From Eubacteriales bacterium (lineage in GTDB: Bacteria; Bacillota; Clostridia; Oscillospirales; SIG627), in the NCBI GenBank assembly GCA_045660745.1, contig JAZREJ010000041.1:12656-76655 (forward strand): 64,000 bases of DNA, read 5' to 3'. The notes below the pieces were generated by a model that was not told the origin of the DNA, did not search any database, and saw only the letters and a list, made by a program, of their open reading frames with translations. The translations under genes and the position numbers were made by a program. How positions within the stretch are numbered: the stretch's first letter is position 1; each line of letters opens with the position of its first letter. Below are positions 10,413 to 25,039 of this stretch, one piece after another.

Positions 10413-10449
10413 TTGACAAACTTGACAAACGGTGGTAATATTGTATACT
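10413..10449 (+). promoter_or_regulatory. tandem overlapping sigma-A promoters for rpoB
   Basis: Direct repeat CTTGACAAA CTTGACAAA. TTGACA 10413-10418 +17 nt to TAATAT 10436-10441; TTGACA 10422-10427 +16 nt to TATACT 10444-10449. Confidence 0.6.
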
Positions 10450-10586
10450 GCATTAGAATTGCGAATTATGTGCTCTTTTACTTGTTTTTGCTTTGAAAAA
10501 CGTATGAAAACACGTAAATTTGCAGAGTTAATCGCCATTTTGCGGTATTTCCGCTGACAAGAAAGAAATGGAGTGATTTATTTAAG

Positions 10587-13500
10587 ATGGCTGTAGAACT
10601 TAACGAAAGAGAACTCAGGGCAGCGGGTCTTAAAAAGAAGCAGCTTGGCCGTAACATCAGAATGAGCTTTTCAAAGATTGATGAAGCGGTTGAAATGCCC
10701 AACCTGATTGAAGTTCAGAAGAAGTCATACGAATGGTTCGTGAACGAAGGTCTTATGGAGGTTTTACGCGACGTATCTCCTATCGTTGACTATTCGGGAA
10801 CCCTTTATATTGACTTTGTGGGCTTCACTTTGGAGAAGACCCCCAAGTACGGTGTTGAGGAGTGTAAGGAGCGTGACGTAAACTACGCTGTTCCCCTCAA
10901 GGTAAACGTACGTCTTACCAACAAGGCAACGGGTGAGATTAAGGAGTCTGTGGTTTATATGGGTGATTTCCCCATTATGACCGACAACGGAACCTTTGTC
11001 ATCAACGGTGCTGAGCGTGTTATTGTTTCTCAGATCGTCCGTTCTCCCGGTATCTACTACGATATCGAGATAGATAAGATGGACAAGAAGCTTTATTCCG
11101 CAACGGTAATTCCTTACCGCGGAGCATGGCTTGAATACGAGACCGATGCCAACGATATATTTTATGTAAGAATAGACAAGAACCGTAAGCTTCCCGTTAC
11201 AGTGCTTGTCCGTGCTCTTGCGCGTGAATTCAGTGAATCGAAGGACGTTCTCGAACTCTTTGGTAATAATAAGGTCATCAGAGATACTCTTGCAAAGGAC
11301 CTTATTGATGAGACCGTCAATAAGATGAAGACTGAAAAGAAGACCACCTCTGCTTACGAGGAGGCTCTTAAGGAAATATACAGAAAGCTCCGTCCCGGCG
11401 ATCCTCCGCTTGTAGAGAGCGCCGAAGGACTCCTTAATTCTCTCTTCTTTGATCCCAAGAAGTATGATATTTCGGCAGTCGGACGTTATAAATTTAATAA
11501 GAAGCTTGCTCTTTCCAGAAGAATTGCGGGCTTTGTACTCTCGCGCCCTGCGGTAAATCCCTTCACGGGAGAAGTCATCTACGACGCCGGCACACGTCTT
11601 ACCCGTGCTATGGCTGAGGAGATAGAGTACGCAGGCGTTACAGAGGCGTGGCTTGAGGGCGAGGATGAGATAAAGGTATTCTCAAACGGCGCCGTACATC
11701 TTGACCGCGTTTCTCCTTACGACGTATCCGATCTCGGTATTTCCGAGATGGTAGACCGTGACGTTCTCATGGAGATACTCGGAGAGGTTGAGGATGATGC
11801 TTCCTTCCGTGAAGCAGTTCTCCGCCGCCGCGACGAACTCATTCCCAAGAGTATTACCCGTAAGGATATTCTTTCCACCATCAACTATCTCGTATGCCTT
11901 TACAGTGACGTTGGAGTGAAGGACGATATTGACCACCTTGGCAACCGTCGTCTGCGCTCTGTCGGCGAGCTTCTCCAGAACCAGATGCGTATTGGCTTTA
12001 TGAGAATGGATAAGATTGTCAAGGAGCGTATGACCATTCAGGATATTGATTCGGTCACCCCTCAGGCTCTTATCAATATAAGACCCGTGGTATCCTCTAT
12101 TAAGGATTTCTTCGGTTCTTCTCCCTTGTCTCAGTTTATGGACCAGGGCAACCCCCTCGGTGAGCTTACTCACAAGAGACGTCTTTCCGCACTCGGTCCC
12201 GGCGGTCTTTCCCGTGACCGTGCATCCTCCGAGGTTCGTGACGTACACTACACTCAGTACGGAAGAATGTGTCCCATCGAGACCCCCGAAGGACCTAACA
12301 TCGGTCTTATTTCTTATCTTTCAACCTTTGCTCGTATCAGCCCATTCGGATTTATTGAGGCTCCTTACCGCAAGGTAGACCGTGAGACCGGTATCGTTAC
12401 AAACGACGTACATTATCTTACCGCTGACGAAGAGGATGAGTTTATCGTTGCTCAGGCAAATGAGCCTCTTGATGCAGACGGACGTTTTGTAAACAAGAAG
12501 ATAACTGCGCGCCAGAGAGAAGAAATCGTAGTAGTTGACGCTTCCGAAATCGACTACATGGACGTTTCTCCCAAGATGGTTGTGTCTGTTGCTACCGCAT
12601 TCATCCCATTCCTTGAAAACGATGACAACTCCCGTGCGCTCATGGGCTCTAACATGCAGAAGCAGGCAGTGCCCCTGATGGTCAACGATTCTCCTATCGT
12701 CGGAACCGGTATGGAGTATAAGGCAGCTGTTGATTCCGGCGTTACCGTTCTTTGTAAGAAGGCGGGTGTTGTTGAGAGTGTTTCGGCTGACGAGATTGTT
12801 ATACGCAACGATGACGGTGAGCTTGACACCTATAAGCTTATCAAGTTTAAGCGTACCAACCAAGGCACCTGTAACAACCAGCGTCCCATCGTATCTCGCG
12901 GTGAGCGCATTGAAGAGGGTGAGGTTATTGCCGACGGTCTTGCTACCAAGAACGGTGAGGTGGCACTCGGTAAGAACGCACTTATCGGATTTGTAACCTG
13001 GGAAGGCTACAACTACGAGGACGCGGTGCTCATCAATGAGCGACTTGTAAGAGATGACGTTTATACGTCTATCCATATAGAAGAATATTCACACGAAGCA
13101 CGCGACACCAAGCTCGGTCCGGAAGAAATCACAAGAGAGCTTCCTTCCGTCGGTCCCGAGGCACTCAAGGATCTTGATGCCGACGGTATCGTAAGAGTCG
13201 GTGCAGAGGTGCATTCCGGTGATATTCTCGTTGGTAAGGTAACACCCAAGGGTGAGACCGAGCTTACTGCCGAGGAAAGACTTCTCAGAGCTATCTTCGG
13301 TGAAAAGGCACGCGAGGTTCGTGATACCTCGCTTAAGCTCCCTCACGGAGAAAGCGGTATTATCGTAGACGTCAAGATATTCACACGTGAAAATCAGGAC
13401 GAGCTTCCTCCCGGAGTAAACAAAGTAGTTAAAGTATACGTAGCACAGAAGAGAAAAATTTCTGTCGGAGACAAAATGGCGGGTCGCCACGGTAACAAGG

Positions 13501-14504
13501 GTGTCGTATCAAGAATACTCCCCTCCGAGGATATGCCCTTCCTTCCCGACGGTACTCCTCTTGATATCGTGCTCAACCCCCTCGGCGTTCCTTCACGAAT
13601 GAACATCGGTCAGGTGCTTGAGGTACACCTCGGAATTGCAGCGCGCAAGCTTGGATTCAAGATAATGACTCCCGTATTTGACGGTGCAAAAGAGGAAAAC
13701 ATCGCAGAGCTTCAGAGACTTGCACAGCTCGACCGTGACGTAATGCCCGGTGAGAACGTTGATTGCAAGAACGTGTATGAAGAAATATATGATGAAAACG
13801 GCAATCGTGATCTCCGCCGTCTTACCGACGAGGAGCGCGCCGACAAGGATTACATTGCAAGCCTTGCAGAAGAGGGAAGATTCAAGGTTATTGACGGTAA
13901 GACCGTTCTTTATGACGGACGTACAGGTCAGCCCTTTGATAACCCTGTAACCGTTGGTATCATGTACTTCTTGAAGCTCCATCACCTTGTTGGTGATAAC
14001 ATTCATGCCCGTTCAACAGGTCCTTACTCACTCGTAACTCAGCAGCCTCTCGGTGGTAAAGCACAGTTCGGCGGACAGAGATTCGGTGAGATGGAGGTTT
14101 GGGCTCTTGAGGCGTACGGCGCGGCTTACACGCTCCAGGAAATCCTTACCGTTAAGTCTGACGATATTGTTGGACGTGTTAACGCATTCGAGGCTATCGT
14201 TAAGGGACAGAACATTCCTACTCCCGGTATCCCAGAATCTTTCAAGGTACTTGTTAAAGAGCTTCAGTCTCTCGGTCTTGACATTCGTGCTCTTGACCAT
14301 GAGGACCGTGAAATAGAGCTTCACGAGATTGCAGAGGAAGAAACCGCTAAGATCCGTGCAGCAGAAGATAATATTGATCCCGAGCTTCTCGGCTCTATCG
14401 AAAACGATATGGAAGATCCTCTCTTCGACGATGAGTACGACGACGAGGGCAATTACGGAAGTGACGAGGCAGACGATGCCGACGATTACTCCGACGAATA
14501 TTGA
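10587..14504 (+). CDS. rpoB: DNA-directed RNA polymerase subunit beta
   Basis: 1305 aa. Conserved blocks [44 protein letters not shown] and [24 protein letters not shown]. Confidence 0.98.
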   Translation: MAVELNERELRAAGLKKKQLGRNIRMSFSKIDEAVEMPNLIEVQKKSYEWFVNEGLMEVLRDVSPIVDYSGTLYIDFVGFTLEKTPKYGVEECKERDVNYAVPLKVNVRLTNKATGEIKESVVYMGDFPIMTDNGTFVINGAERVIVSQIVRSPGIYYDIEIDKMDKKLYSATVIPYRGAWLEYETDANDIFYVRIDKNRKLPVTVLVRALAREFSESKDVLELFGNNKVIRDTLAKDLIDETVNKMKTEKKTTSAYEEALKEIYRKLRPGDPPLVESAEGLLNSLFFDPKKYDISAVGRYKFNKKLALSRRIAGFVLSRPAVNPFTGEVIYDAGTRLTRAMAEEIEYAGVTEAWLEGEDEIKVFSNGAVHLDRVSPYDVSDLGISEMVDRDVLMEILGEVEDDASFREAVLRRRDELIPKSITRKDILSTINYLVCLYSDVGVKDDIDHLGNRRLRSVGELLQNQMRIGFMRMDKIVKERMTIQDIDSVTPQALINIRPVVSSIKDFFGSSPLSQFMDQGNPLGELTHKRRLSALGPGGLSRDRASSEVRDVHYTQYGRMCPIETPEGPNIGLISYLSTFARISPFGFIEAPYRKVDRETGIVTNDVHYLTADEEDEFIVAQANEPLDADGRFVNKKITARQREEIVVVDASEIDYMDVSPKMVVSVATAFIPFLENDDNSRALMGSNMQKQAVPLMVNDSPIVGTGMEYKAAVDSGVTVLCKKAGVVESVSADEIVIRNDDGELDTYKLIKFKRTNQGTCNNQRPIVSRGERIEEGEVIADGLATKNGEVALGKNALIGFVTWEGYNYEDAVLINERLVRDDVYTSIHIEEYSHEARDTKLGPEEITRELPSVGPEALKDLDADGIVRVGAEVHSGDILVGKVTPKGETELTAEERLLRAIFGEKAREVRDTSLKLPHGESGIIVDVKIFTRENQDELPPGVNKVVKVYVAQKRKISVGDKMAGRHGNKGVVSRILPSEDMPFLPDGTPLDIVLNPLGVPSRMNIGQVLEVHLGIAARKLGFKIMTPVFDGAKEENIAELQRLAQLDRDVMPGENVDCKNVYEEIYDENGNRDLRRLTDEERADKDYIASLAEEGRFKVIDGKTVLYDGRTGQPFDNPVTVGIMYFLKLHHLVGDNIHARSTGPYSLVTQQPLGGKAQFGGQRFGEMEVWALEAYGAAYTLQEILTVKSDDIVGRVNAFEAIVKGQNIPTPGIPESFKVLVKELQSLGLDIRALDHEDREIELHEIAEEETAKIRAAEDNIDPELLGSIENDMEDPLFDDEYDDEGNYGSDEADDADDYSDEY

Positions 14505-14523
14505 TTAAAGGAGGAGAAAAAGT

Positions 14524-17500
14524 ATGGATAATACAGAATTCGCCAAAATTAAAATAGGTCTTGCTTCTCCTGATATGATACGCTCCTGGTCTTACGGTGA
14601 GGTTACCAAGCCTGAGACTATAAATTATCGTACACTTAAGCCCGAACGCGACGGTCTTTTCTGCGAAAAGATTTTCGGCCCCACAAAGGACTGGGAATGC
14701 TATTGCGGAAAATACAAGAAGGTAAGATACCTCGGCAAGGTGTGTGAAAAGTGCGGAGTTGAGATCACAACAAAGAAGGTGCGCCGTGAGAGAATGGGTC
14801 ATATTGACCTTGCGGCTCCCGTTTCTCACATTTGGTACTTCCGTGCCATTCCTTCGAGAATGGGACTCCTTCTCGACATATCCCCCAAGCAGCTTGAAAA
14901 GGTACTTTACTTTGCTCAGTACGTTGTAGTTGACCCCGGTATGTCCCACTTTGAAAAGAAGCAGGTCATCACCGAGGCTGAATACCGCGAGGCAATGGAA
15001 AAGTACGAGGGCAATTTTGAAGCGGGAATGGGTGCTGAATACATTCAAAAGCTTCTTGCCGATATGGATCTTGAAGATACCTCCAAGGAGCTTAAGCTTG
15101 AACTTCAGACTGCATCCGGTCAGAAGAAGGCAAGAATTATCAAGCGCCTTGAGGTTGTTGAGTCCTTCCGTCTTTCGGGCAACCGTCCCGAGTGGATGAT
15201 ACTCAACGTGCTTCCGGTTATCCCACCCGAAATCAGACCGATGGTACAGCTCGACGGCGGACGTTTCGCAACCTCTGACCTCAACGATCTTTACCGCCGT
15301 GTTATCAACCGTAACAACCGTCTCAAGAAGCTCCTTGAGATGCGTGCGCCCGAGATTATTATAAAGAATGAAAAGCGTATGCTTCAGGAAGCTGTAGATG
15401 CACTTATCGACAACGGTCGTCGCGGACGTCCCGTAACAGGACCTAACAACCGTGCCCTCAAATCTCTTTCCGAGATGCTCAGAGGTAAGCAGGGTCGTTT
15501 CCGTCAGAACCTCCTCGGTAAGCGTGTTGACTACTCAGGACGTTCAGTTATCGTTGTAGGACCCGAAATGAAGATTTACCAGTGCGGTCTTCCCAAGCAA
15601 ATGGCACTTGAGCTGTTCAAGCCCTTCGTTATGAAGAGACTTGTTGAGACGGGTAAATCTACCAATATAAAGGACGCTAAGAAGAAGGTAGAGCATCAGA
15701 GTACAGAGGTTTGGGATGCACTTGAAGTAGTTATCCGTGAGCACCCCGTACTCCTCAACCGAGCTCCTACACTTCACCGTCTTTCCATTCAGGCGTTCGA
15801 GCCCATCCTTGTTGAAGGACGTGCGATTAAGCTCCATCCCCTCGTATGTTCAGCGTTCAACGCCGACTTCGACGGTGACCAGATGCCTGTACACGTGCCC
15901 CTTTCAAGTGAGGCTCAGTCGGAAGCACGTTTCCTTATGCTTTCGGCAAATAACCTCTTGAAGCCCGCAAACGGCCGTGCCGTTACCGTTCCTACACAGG
16001 ACATGGTGCTCGGTTCCTACTACCTCACCTACGAAAAAGAAGGCGAGAAGGGTGAAGGCAACGTTTACCGCGACTTCGACGAGGCTAATATGGCTTATGA
16101 AAACGGCTATCTCGGTCTCCATGCAAGAATCAAGATTCGCGATACCCGTGAATTTAACGGACAGAAGATTACAGGACTTGTTGACTGTACTCTGGGACGT
16201 TACATCTTTAACAGTGTTATCCCTCAGAATCTTCACTTTGTTGAAAGAATCACTCCCGAGGACATGTTCGTTCTTGAGATTAACCATGTTGTTAAGAAGG
16301 ATGACCTTGGAAATATCATTGATGCTTCCATTAAGTATTGCGGTATTGCAGTTACAGCAAAGCTTCTTGATGATATCAAGACAATGGGCTTCAAGTATTC
16401 CACAAGAGGCGCTATCACCATTTCTGTCTCGGATATGACCGTTCCTCCGGCAAAGAAGGAGATACTCCGTGCTGCAGATGAAAAGGTTGAATACATCACT
16501 TCTCTCTACCGTCAGGGTCTTGCAACCGATGAGGGCAGACGTGAGGCTGTTATCAAGACTTGGGAAGTTGCAACAAACGACGTTGCAAAGGCTCTTCAGG
16601 CAAACCTTGATAAGTTCAATCCCATATTCATGATGGCAGATTCAGGTGCGCGTGGTTCTATCAAGCAGATCAGACAGCTTGCAGGTATGCGTGGTCTTAT
16701 GGCTACAGCATCAGGTAGAACCCTTGAAATCCCGATTAAGGCTAACTTCCGTGAAGGTCTTAATATACTCGAATACTTCACCGCTGCAAGAGGTGCTCGT
16801 AAGGGTCTTGCGGATACGGCGCTCCGTACTGCTGACTCGGGTTACCTTACACGTCGTCTTGTTGACGTTGCTCAGGAAGTTATTATCCGTGACGTTGATT
16901 GCGGAGATGACAGAGGTGCATGGATCACAGAGATTCGTGATGGCAACGAGCTTATCGAGCCCTTGCGCGTAAGAATTGTCGGAAGATATATCATTGGTGA
17001 TTTTGCAGATCCCGTAACAGGCGAGCTTATTGCACGTGACGGAGATCTTATCAGCGAAGAGCAGTCTATTGCTATTGATAAGGCTTGCGCTAAGATGAGC
17101 GATGAACAGAAGGCTGAATTCAAGGGAATTCACATCCGTTCTATCCTCAACTGTCGTGCAAAACACGGTATATGCGCTCATTGCTACGGCGCAGACATGG
17201 CATCAGGTAATCCCGTTAACATCGGTGAAGCAGTCGGTATTCTTGCCGCACAGTCCATCGGTGAGCCGGGTACACAGCTTACCATGAGAACCTTCCATAC
17301 CGGTGGTATCGCGGGCGGAGATATTACTCAGGGTCTTCCCCGAGTTGAAGAACTCTTTGAAGCTCGCCGTCCCAAGAAGACCGCTATCATTGCGGAAATT
17401 GACGGACGTATAATTATCGACAACACCAAGAAGAACAGACTTATCATCAAGAATGACTTAACAGGTGAGGAAAAATCCTATCCCGTTGCAATGTCATCCC

Positions 17501-18081
17501 GTATACTTGCCGATGACGGTGATTACGTCATCCATGGTCAGAGACTTACCGAGGGTACTCTCTGTCCTGCAGATATTGCAAGAGTTCAGGGACTTGATGA
17601 GGTATACAGCTATATCATCCGCGAGGTACAGAAGGTTTACTGTCTCCAGAGCGTTGATATCAGTGACAAGCACATCGAGGTCATTGCGCGTCAGATGACA
17701 CGCAAGGCCAGAATAGAGGATGCAGGCGACACCGACCTTCTCACAGGTGCTCTCGTTGACGTAGCGGAAATTGCAACAGCAAACGAAGAGATAGAGGCAA
17801 GAATTGCCGCAGGCGAGAAGGAGCTTAGAGTCGCAGAGTTTACACCTGTTCTTCAGGGTATTACCAAGGCATCTCTCTCAACCGAGTCGTTCCTCTCGGC
17901 GGCATCCTTCCAGGAGACCACCAAGGTACTCACAGAGGCTGCTATCAAGGGTAAGGTTGACCCGCTTCTCGGTCTTAAGGAGAACGTTATCATTGGTAAA
18001 CTCATTCCTGCTGGTACAGGACTTTCCGTTTACCGTGATATTGAGGTTGCTAAGAAGAAAAATCCTGTAGTAACCGAGTAA
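14524..18081 (+). CDS. rpoC: DNA-directed RNA polymerase subunit beta prime
   Basis: 1185 aa. Zn finger [20 protein letters not shown]; catalytic NADFDGDQM; RBS GGAGGAG. Confidence 0.98.
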   Translation: MDNTEFAKIKIGLASPDMIRSWSYGEVTKPETINYRTLKPERDGLFCEKIFGPTKDWECYCGKYKKVRYLGKVCEKCGVEITTKKVRRERMGHIDLAAPVSHIWYFRAIPSRMGLLLDISPKQLEKVLYFAQYVVVDPGMSHFEKKQVITEAEYREAMEKYEGNFEAGMGAEYIQKLLADMDLEDTSKELKLELQTASGQKKARIIKRLEVVESFRLSGNRPEWMILNVLPVIPPEIRPMVQLDGGRFATSDLNDLYRRVINRNNRLKKLLEMRAPEIIIKNEKRMLQEAVDALIDNGRRGRPVTGPNNRALKSLSEMLRGKQGRFRQNLLGKRVDYSGRSVIVVGPEMKIYQCGLPKQMALELFKPFVMKRLVETGKSTNIKDAKKKVEHQSTEVWDALEVVIREHPVLLNRAPTLHRLSIQAFEPILVEGRAIKLHPLVCSAFNADFDGDQMPVHVPLSSEAQSEARFLMLSANNLLKPANGRAVTVPTQDMVLGSYYLTYEKEGEKGEGNVYRDFDEANMAYENGYLGLHARIKIRDTREFNGQKITGLVDCTLGRYIFNSVIPQNLHFVERITPEDMFVLEINHVVKKDDLGNIIDASIKYCGIAVTAKLLDDIKTMGFKYSTRGAITISVSDMTVPPAKKEILRAADEKVEYITSLYRQGLATDEGRREAVIKTWEVATNDVAKALQANLDKFNPIFMMADSGARGSIKQIRQLAGMRGLMATASGRTLEIPIKANFREGLNILEYFTAARGARKGLADTALRTADSGYLTRRLVDVAQEVIIRDVDCGDDRGAWITEIRDGNELIEPLRVRIVGRYIIGDFADPVTGELIARDGDLISEEQSIAIDKACAKMSDEQKAEFKGIHIRSILNCRAKHGICAHCYGADMASGNPVNIGEAVGILAAQSIGEPGTQLTMRTFHTGGIAGGDITQGLPRVEELFEARRPKKTAIIAEIDGRIIIDNTKKNRLIIKNDLTGEEKSYPVAMSSRILADDGDYVIHGQRLTEGTLCPADIARVQGLDEVYSYIIREVQKVYCLQSVDISDKHIEVIARQMTRKARIEDAGDTDLLTGALVDVAEIATANEEIEARIAAGEKELRVAEFTPVLQGITKASLSTESFLSAASFQETTKVLTEAAIKGKVDPLLGLKENVIIGKLIPAGTGLSVYRDIEVAKKKNPVVTE

Positions 18082-18157
18082 ATAGCAACAAACAGACAAA
18101 GTAAGTTAAAGTATTTTTGTGCAAAGTGCTGATTTTTTACGGGATTTATTATTTTTA

Positions 18158-18186
18158 TTGACATAAAAAAGTAAATCGGGTAAAAT
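18158..18186 (+). promoter_or_regulatory. sigma-A promoter of the rpsL-rpsG-fusA-tuf (str) operon
   Basis: TTGACA 18158-18163, 17-nt spacer, TAAAAT 18181-18186. Confidence 0.7.
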
Positions 18187-18241
18187 ATATAAGTAAATCT
18201 GCGCACAAAAGTGCCGATTTAAGTTAAGTTAGAACCGTTCC

Positions 18242-18266
18242 GCCTGCGGAGAGACCCTCCGCAGGC
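18242..18266 (+). promoter_or_regulatory. perfect 10-bp hairpin in the rpsL 5' leader
   Basis: GCCTGCGGAG (18242-18251), loop AGACC, CTCCGCAGGC (18257-18266). No U-run follows, so it is not a terminator. Confidence 0.6.
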
Positions 18267-18305
18267 TGGAGTGTGTCTATAAATAATTTAAAAAGGAGGA
18301 ATACT

Positions 18306-18725
18306 ATGCCAACATTTAACCAGCTGGTAAGACATGGACGTAGCCAGGTAGCTTATAAGTCAAAGTCTCCCGCCCTTCAGGCAGGTGTAAACACACTTAA
18401 GCAGACTGCAACTAACGTTCCTTCTCCCCAGAAGCGTGGTGTTTGCACAAAGGTTACGACCAAGACCCCTAAGAAGCCTAACTCCGCTCTCCGTAAGATC
18501 GCCAGAGTACGTCTTACAAACGGATACGAAGTTACCGCTTACATTCCCGGTATCGGTCATAACATTCAGGAGCACTCGGTTGTAATGATCCGTGGCGGAA
18601 GAGTAAAAGACCTTCCCGGTGTACGTTATCATATCATCCGCGGAACTCTTGATACACAGGGAGTTGCAAACAGAAACCAGTCGCGCTCAAAGTACGGCGC
18701 AAAGAAGGCTAAGGCTAAGAAATAA
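18306..18725 (+). CDS. rpsL: 30S ribosomal protein S12
   Basis: ORF track 18273..18725; start moved to ATG 18306 (MPTFNQL) behind AAAGGAGGA. Motifs [10 protein letters not shown] and [14 protein letters not shown]. Confidence 0.97.
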   Translation: MPTFNQLVRHGRSQVAYKSKSPALQAGVNTLKQTATNVPSPQKRGVCTKVTTKTPKKPNSALRKIARVRLTNGYEVTAYIPGIGHNIQEHSVVMIRGGRVKDLPGVRYHIIRGTLDTQGVANRNQSRSKYGAKKAKAKK

Positions 18726-18898
18726 TTAGCTTGTCTTGACATCCAGCACGAACCAAAAAAACAGCTTGTGCTTGAAAAACAGATTGATAAATAAAGGTTA
18801 TAACCTATTATATATACATGAAGTTTGATCAAGCACTTACGGGGCAGAAGAACTGCACCGAGTACCGCTGATATCATTTTATGAAGGAGGGAAGTTCA

Positions 18899-19369
18899 GT
18901 GCCAAGAAGAGGTCAAATTTCTAAAAGAGACGTATTGCCGGATCCTATTTACCGCTCCAAGCTCGTTACAAAGCTTGTAAACAACATTATGCTTGACGGT
19001 AAGAAGGGTGTTGCTCAGGCAATCGTATACGATGCATTTGAGCTTGTTGAACAGAAGACAGGTGAAAACGCACTCGAATCATTCCAGAAGGCGCTTGAGA
19101 ACATCATGCCTACTCTCGAGGTTAAGGCTCGCCGTGTAGGTGGTTCTACTTATCAGGTACCTATGGAGGTTAGACCCGAAAGAAGACAGACACTCGGTCT
19201 CAGATGGCTCATCACTTATTCAAGAGCTAGAGGCGAGAGAACAATGGCTGAAAGACTTGCGGGCGAGATTATTGACGCTATTAACAACACCGGAAGTGCT
19301 GTTAAGAAGAAGGAAGACACACACAAGATGGCAGAAGCCAACAAGGCATTCTCCCATTTCAAGTGGTAA
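18899..19369 (+). CDS. rpsG: 30S ribosomal protein S7
   Basis: ORF track 18881..19369; start moved to GTG 18899 ([17 protein letters not shown]) behind GAAGGAGGG. Confidence 0.95.
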   Translation: MPRRGQISKRDVLPDPIYRSKLVTKLVNNIMLDGKKGVAQAIVYDAFELVEQKTGENALESFQKALENIMPTLEVKARRVGGSTYQVPMEVRPERRQTLGLRWLITYSRARGERTMAERLAGEIIDAINNTGSAVKKKEDTHKMAEANKAFSHFKW

Positions 19370-19423
19370 TTCTCGCATAAATTTATTAAAAAAAAGAGAA
19401 AAAATACTTGAAAGGAGATTAAA

Positions 19424-21547
<2,124 letters not shown>

Positions 21548-21590
21548 AATAAAAAAACAAATCATATTAAATTTTTAGGAGGATTTAACA

Positions 21591-22790
21591 ATGGCAAAGG
21601 CAAAATTCGAAAGAACAAAACCCCATATTAACATTGGTACCATCGGTCACGTTGACCACGGTAAGACCACTCTTACTGCTGCTATCACAAAGTATCTCTC
21701 TCTCGGAAACGGCGCTGAGTTCATGGCATATGACCAGATCGACAACGCTCCCGAAGAAAGAGCACGTGGTATCACGATCAACACCAGACACGTTGAGTAC
21801 GAAACAGAGAACAGACACTATGCACACGTTGACTGCCCCGGTCACGCTGACTACGTTAAGAACATGATCACCGGTGCTGCTCAGATGGACGGTGCTATCC
21901 TCGTTGTTGCTGGTACCGACGGTCCCATGCAGCAGACCCGTGAGCACATCCTTCTCGCTCGTCAGGTTGGCGTTCCCGCAATCGTTGTATTCATCAACAA
22001 GTGCGACATGGTAGACGACGAAGAGCTCCTCGAGCTCGTTGAAATGGAAATCCGTGGTCTTCTTTCTGACTACGACTTCCCCGGCGACGATCTTCCCATC
22101 GTTCGTGGATCTGCAAGAGATGCTCTTGAGTCCGCTTCCACCGATGCAAACGCTCCTGAGTATGCTCCTATCAAGGAACTCATGGCTCAGGTTGATGCTT
22201 ACATTCCTACTCCTCCCAGAATGGCTGACGAGCCCTTCCTTATGCCTGTTGAGGACGTATTCTCTATCTCCGGACGTGGTACAGTTGCTACCGGCCGTGT
22301 AGAGCGTGGTGTTCTTAAGCTCAATGACGAAGTTGAAATCGTTGGTATCAAGGATAGCCGTAAGACCGTTATCACCGGTATCGAAATGTTCCACAAGCTC
22401 ATGGACGATGCTCAGGCTGGTGACAACGTAGGATGTCTCCTCCGTGGTGTTCAGAAGAACGAGATTGAAAGAGGTCAGGTTCTCTGTAAGCCCGGTTCCA
22501 TCAAGCCTCACACCAAGTTCGTTGGTCAGGTTTACGTTCTTACTGAGAAGGAAGGCGGCCGTCATAAGCCCTTCTTCAACAACTACAGACCTGAGTTCTA
22601 CTTCAGAACTACCGACGTTACCGGTGTTATCACTCTTCCCGAGGGTGTTGAAATGTGCAACCCCGGTGATAACGTTGATATGAAGGTTGAAATCATCGCC
22701 CCCATCGCTATCGAAAAGGGTCTTCGTTTCGCTATCCGTGAGGGTGGTAGAACAGTTGGTTCCGGCGTTGTTGCTGATATCGATGAATAA
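21591..22790 (+). CDS. tuf: elongation factor Tu
   Basis: 399 aa. Motifs [21 protein letters not shown]; RBS AGGAGG. Confidence 0.98.
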   Translation: MAKAKFERTKPHINIGTIGHVDHGKTTLTAAITKYLSLGNGAEFMAYDQIDNAPEERARGITINTRHVEYETENRHYAHVDCPGHADYVKNMITGAAQMDGAILVVAGTDGPMQQTREHILLARQVGVPAIVVFINKCDMVDDEELLELVEMEIRGLLSDYDFPGDDLPIVRGSARDALESASTDANAPEYAPIKELMAQVDAYIPTPPRMADEPFLMPVEDVFSISGRGTVATGRVERGVLKLNDEVEIVGIKDSRKTVITGIEMFHKLMDDAQAGDNVGCLLRGVQKNEIERGQVLCKPGSIKPHTKFVGQVYVLTEKEGGRHKPFFNNYRPEFYFRTTDVTGVITLPEGVEMCNPGDNVDMKVEIIAPIAIEKGLRFAIREGGRTVGSGVVADIDE

Positions 22791-22811
22791 TTAAAAACTT
22801 AATAGTTTATG

Positions 22812-22841
22812 AAAAAGGTGAGTTTTGCGCTCACCTTTTTT
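22812..22841 (+). terminator. rho-independent terminator after tuf
   Basis: AAAAAGGTGAG / CTCACCTTTTT with a T-run at 22836-22841. Confidence 0.85.
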
Positions 22842-22984
22842 GTCGTTGAAATATTTTTTAAAACGAAAAAATTCGGATTAAACCATATTGATTTTTGCGT
22901 TGCATTGTGATAATATGTAGCAGGGCGGATATATGACCCTTTAAGCTTTTTTTAGAGAAAAATAAATTTATAGGACGTAATAAT

Positions 22985-23761
22985 ATGGGAAGTTTTACAA
23001 AGATAAACGATAATACATACAGACTGACGATTCCGTTCAGCGACATTTATACAACGGTGTACTTGATAAAGACGGACGAAGGATTTATACTTTTTGATAC
23101 GGCAACATATGATAGCGACGTTACAAACTACATAATTCCTTTTCTCGAGGAAATCGGAGTTGCTAAAGAGTCGCTCAAGTACGTGTTTATTTCACATTTT
23201 CACGGCGATCATGCAGGCGGACTGCCTGAGATTATGAGAAACTATCCAAGCGCAACCATTATCACACGTTGCGATGATATTCGCGAACAGTTCAAAGATT
23301 ATAGCGTACTTATGCCCGAGGACGGAGAGAGAGTACTTGACTTTCTTTCTGTTGTTTCAATTCCCGGTCATTCACTCGACAGTGCGGGTGTATTCGACAA
23401 TCGTACAAAAACCCTTATCTGCGGAGATTCCCTTCAGCTTTACGGAATATATGGGTCGGGTAATTGGGGTGCTAATATTTCACTTCCCTCAGAACACTTT
23501 GAAGCAATAAAAAAACTCAGAGCAATGGATATTGATTGTATTTACACAGCTCATGACTACCATCCGTGCGGATTTTGTTATTCGGGAAAAATTGAGATAA
23601 ATCGCGCACTGGATTCCTGTATTGCTCCTCTTGAAGAAATAATGAATATGATAAAAACAAATCCCGAAGCCTCCGACGAGGAAATTGTTGCGGCTTATAA
23701 CGCAAGAAAACTTCCCGTCATTGGTGCACACGTTGCGAAGGCTTTGAGAAAATTAATATAA
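22985..23761 (+). CDS. MBL-fold metallo-hydrolase
   Basis: 258 aa; HxHxDH motif HFHGDHAGG. Confidence 0.85.
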   Translation: MGSFTKINDNTYRLTIPFSDIYTTVYLIKTDEGFILFDTATYDSDVTNYIIPFLEEIGVAKESLKYVFISHFHGDHAGGLPEIMRNYPSATIITRCDDIREQFKDYSVLMPEDGERVLDFLSVVSIPGHSLDSAGVFDNRTKTLICGDSLQLYGIYGSGNWGANISLPSEHFEAIKKLRAMDIDCIYTAHDYHPCGFCYSGKIEINRALDSCIAPLEEIMNMIKTNPEASDEEIVAAYNARKLPVIGAHVAKALRKLI

Positions 23762-23776
23762 AATAGGTGTTTTATC

Positions 23777-25012
23777 GTGAATAGACAAAAGTATCTCGAA
23801 AGTAAATCTTTAAGTATTGTTTTGTTCTTGTTCTTGTTTGTTTTGTATGCTGTTATATATATGACGAAAAGCATGTTTTCATCGGCTATGGCATCCATTG
23901 TTGAGAAAGGCTTTATGACCGCATCCCAGACAGGACTTATCAATGCGGCATTTTGGCTTGTGTATGCAATATTTCAGGTAGTCGGAGGATTCTGTGCCGA
24001 TAAGTTTTCTTCATATAAAATTATCATGATTGGACTTTTCGGCTCACTCATTGCTAATACAGTCATCTATTTCAATCAGGATTATTACGTTATGATAGGT
24101 GCTTGGGTGTTTAATGCTATGGCTCAATTTGGCATATGGCCCGGTGTTTTTAAGATAATTACAACTCAATTAAAGCCCGATTTAAGAGGGAAAGCCGTTT
24201 TCTGGATGCTCTTTGCGGGAAGCTTGGGACTTGGAATCAGTATGCTTGTGGCATCCTTCGTAAGCCATTGGAAGAATAACTTCCTTGTTTCGATTATCAG
24301 TAGTATATTGTTGATTGTGGGTTACATTGTTATCCATCATATTACCGACAGAAAAATGGTCACGGCAGAGCCTGTTTTAAAGGAACAGGGAGCACTTGTG
24401 GAAAAGGCAAAGACATTTCCTCTTATGATGTCGTCGGGACTTATAGTATTACTTTTTGTCTGCTTTTTGAGAGTTGCGGTTGATAACGGAATAAAAATGC
24501 TTACTCCTACCATGCTGATGCAGTCTTATAACAATCTATCTGCGGCGGTTTCAAACCGTATATCTTCAATCCTTGTTATTTCTTCGGCGCTCGGAATATT
24601 TGTGGCAAGGTTTGTTCAAAAGAAGATTACGCACAATGAGGCAAAGGCACAATTTTTGATTTATACAACCAGTCTTTTACCGCTTATTGCCGCATGTTTT
24701 GTAGGAAAGATTCATTACGTATTTATACTTGTTGCATTGTCCGCAGTCGTTTTGCTAAGTGGCGGTGCATCCCCATTCAGTCAGTCGTTTATAAGTGTCA
24801 GATTTGAAAAGTATGGAAGAATCGGTACTGTTTCGGGCATTCTTAATGCGGGTGCAAGTGTGGGAAATATATTTGCGTCTTACGTTTTTGCTAAAATGGC
24901 AGACGTAATGTCCTGGGAGGGTGTCGCTTTCAGTTGGATTGGCGCAGACTTTCTTTGCGCAGTGCTTTGTATTGCAGTGCTTCGCAGGTGGTCGAAGTTT
25001 TTAACGGAATAA
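23777..25012 (+). CDS. MFS transporter
   Basis: 411 aa with about 12 TM segments. GTG start at 23777 as in the track; start uncertain. Confidence 0.8.
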   Translation: MNRQKYLESKSLSIVLFLFLFVLYAVIYMTKSMFSSAMASIVEKGFMTASQTGLINAAFWLVYAIFQVVGGFCADKFSSYKIIMIGLFGSLIANTVIYFNQDYYVMIGAWVFNAMAQFGIWPGVFKIITTQLKPDLRGKAVFWMLFAGSLGLGISMLVASFVSHWKNNFLVSIISSILLIVGYIVIHHITDRKMVTAEPVLKEQGALVEKAKTFPLMMSSGLIVLLFVCFLRVAVDNGIKMLTPTMLMQSYNNLSAAVSNRISSILVISSALGIFVARFVQKKITHNEAKAQFLIYTTSLLPLIAACFVGKIHYVFILVALSAVVLLSGGASPFSQSFISVRFEKYGRIGTVSGILNAGASVGNIFASYVFAKMADVMSWEGVAFSWIGADFLCAVLCIAVLRRWSKFLTE

Positions 25013-25039
25013 CATAAAAACATTAGGGAGATAACTTGT

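Noticed and set aside
12100-12200. Rifampicin-resistance-determining region of rpoB, and streptomycin-related positions of rpsL
   Set aside because: The key residues are the wild-type ones: D, H and S in ..[24 protein letters not shown].., and K in TPKKPNSA and RVKDLPG. The other differences occur at positions I recall as naturally variable among Firmicutes. There is no basis for a resistance call.
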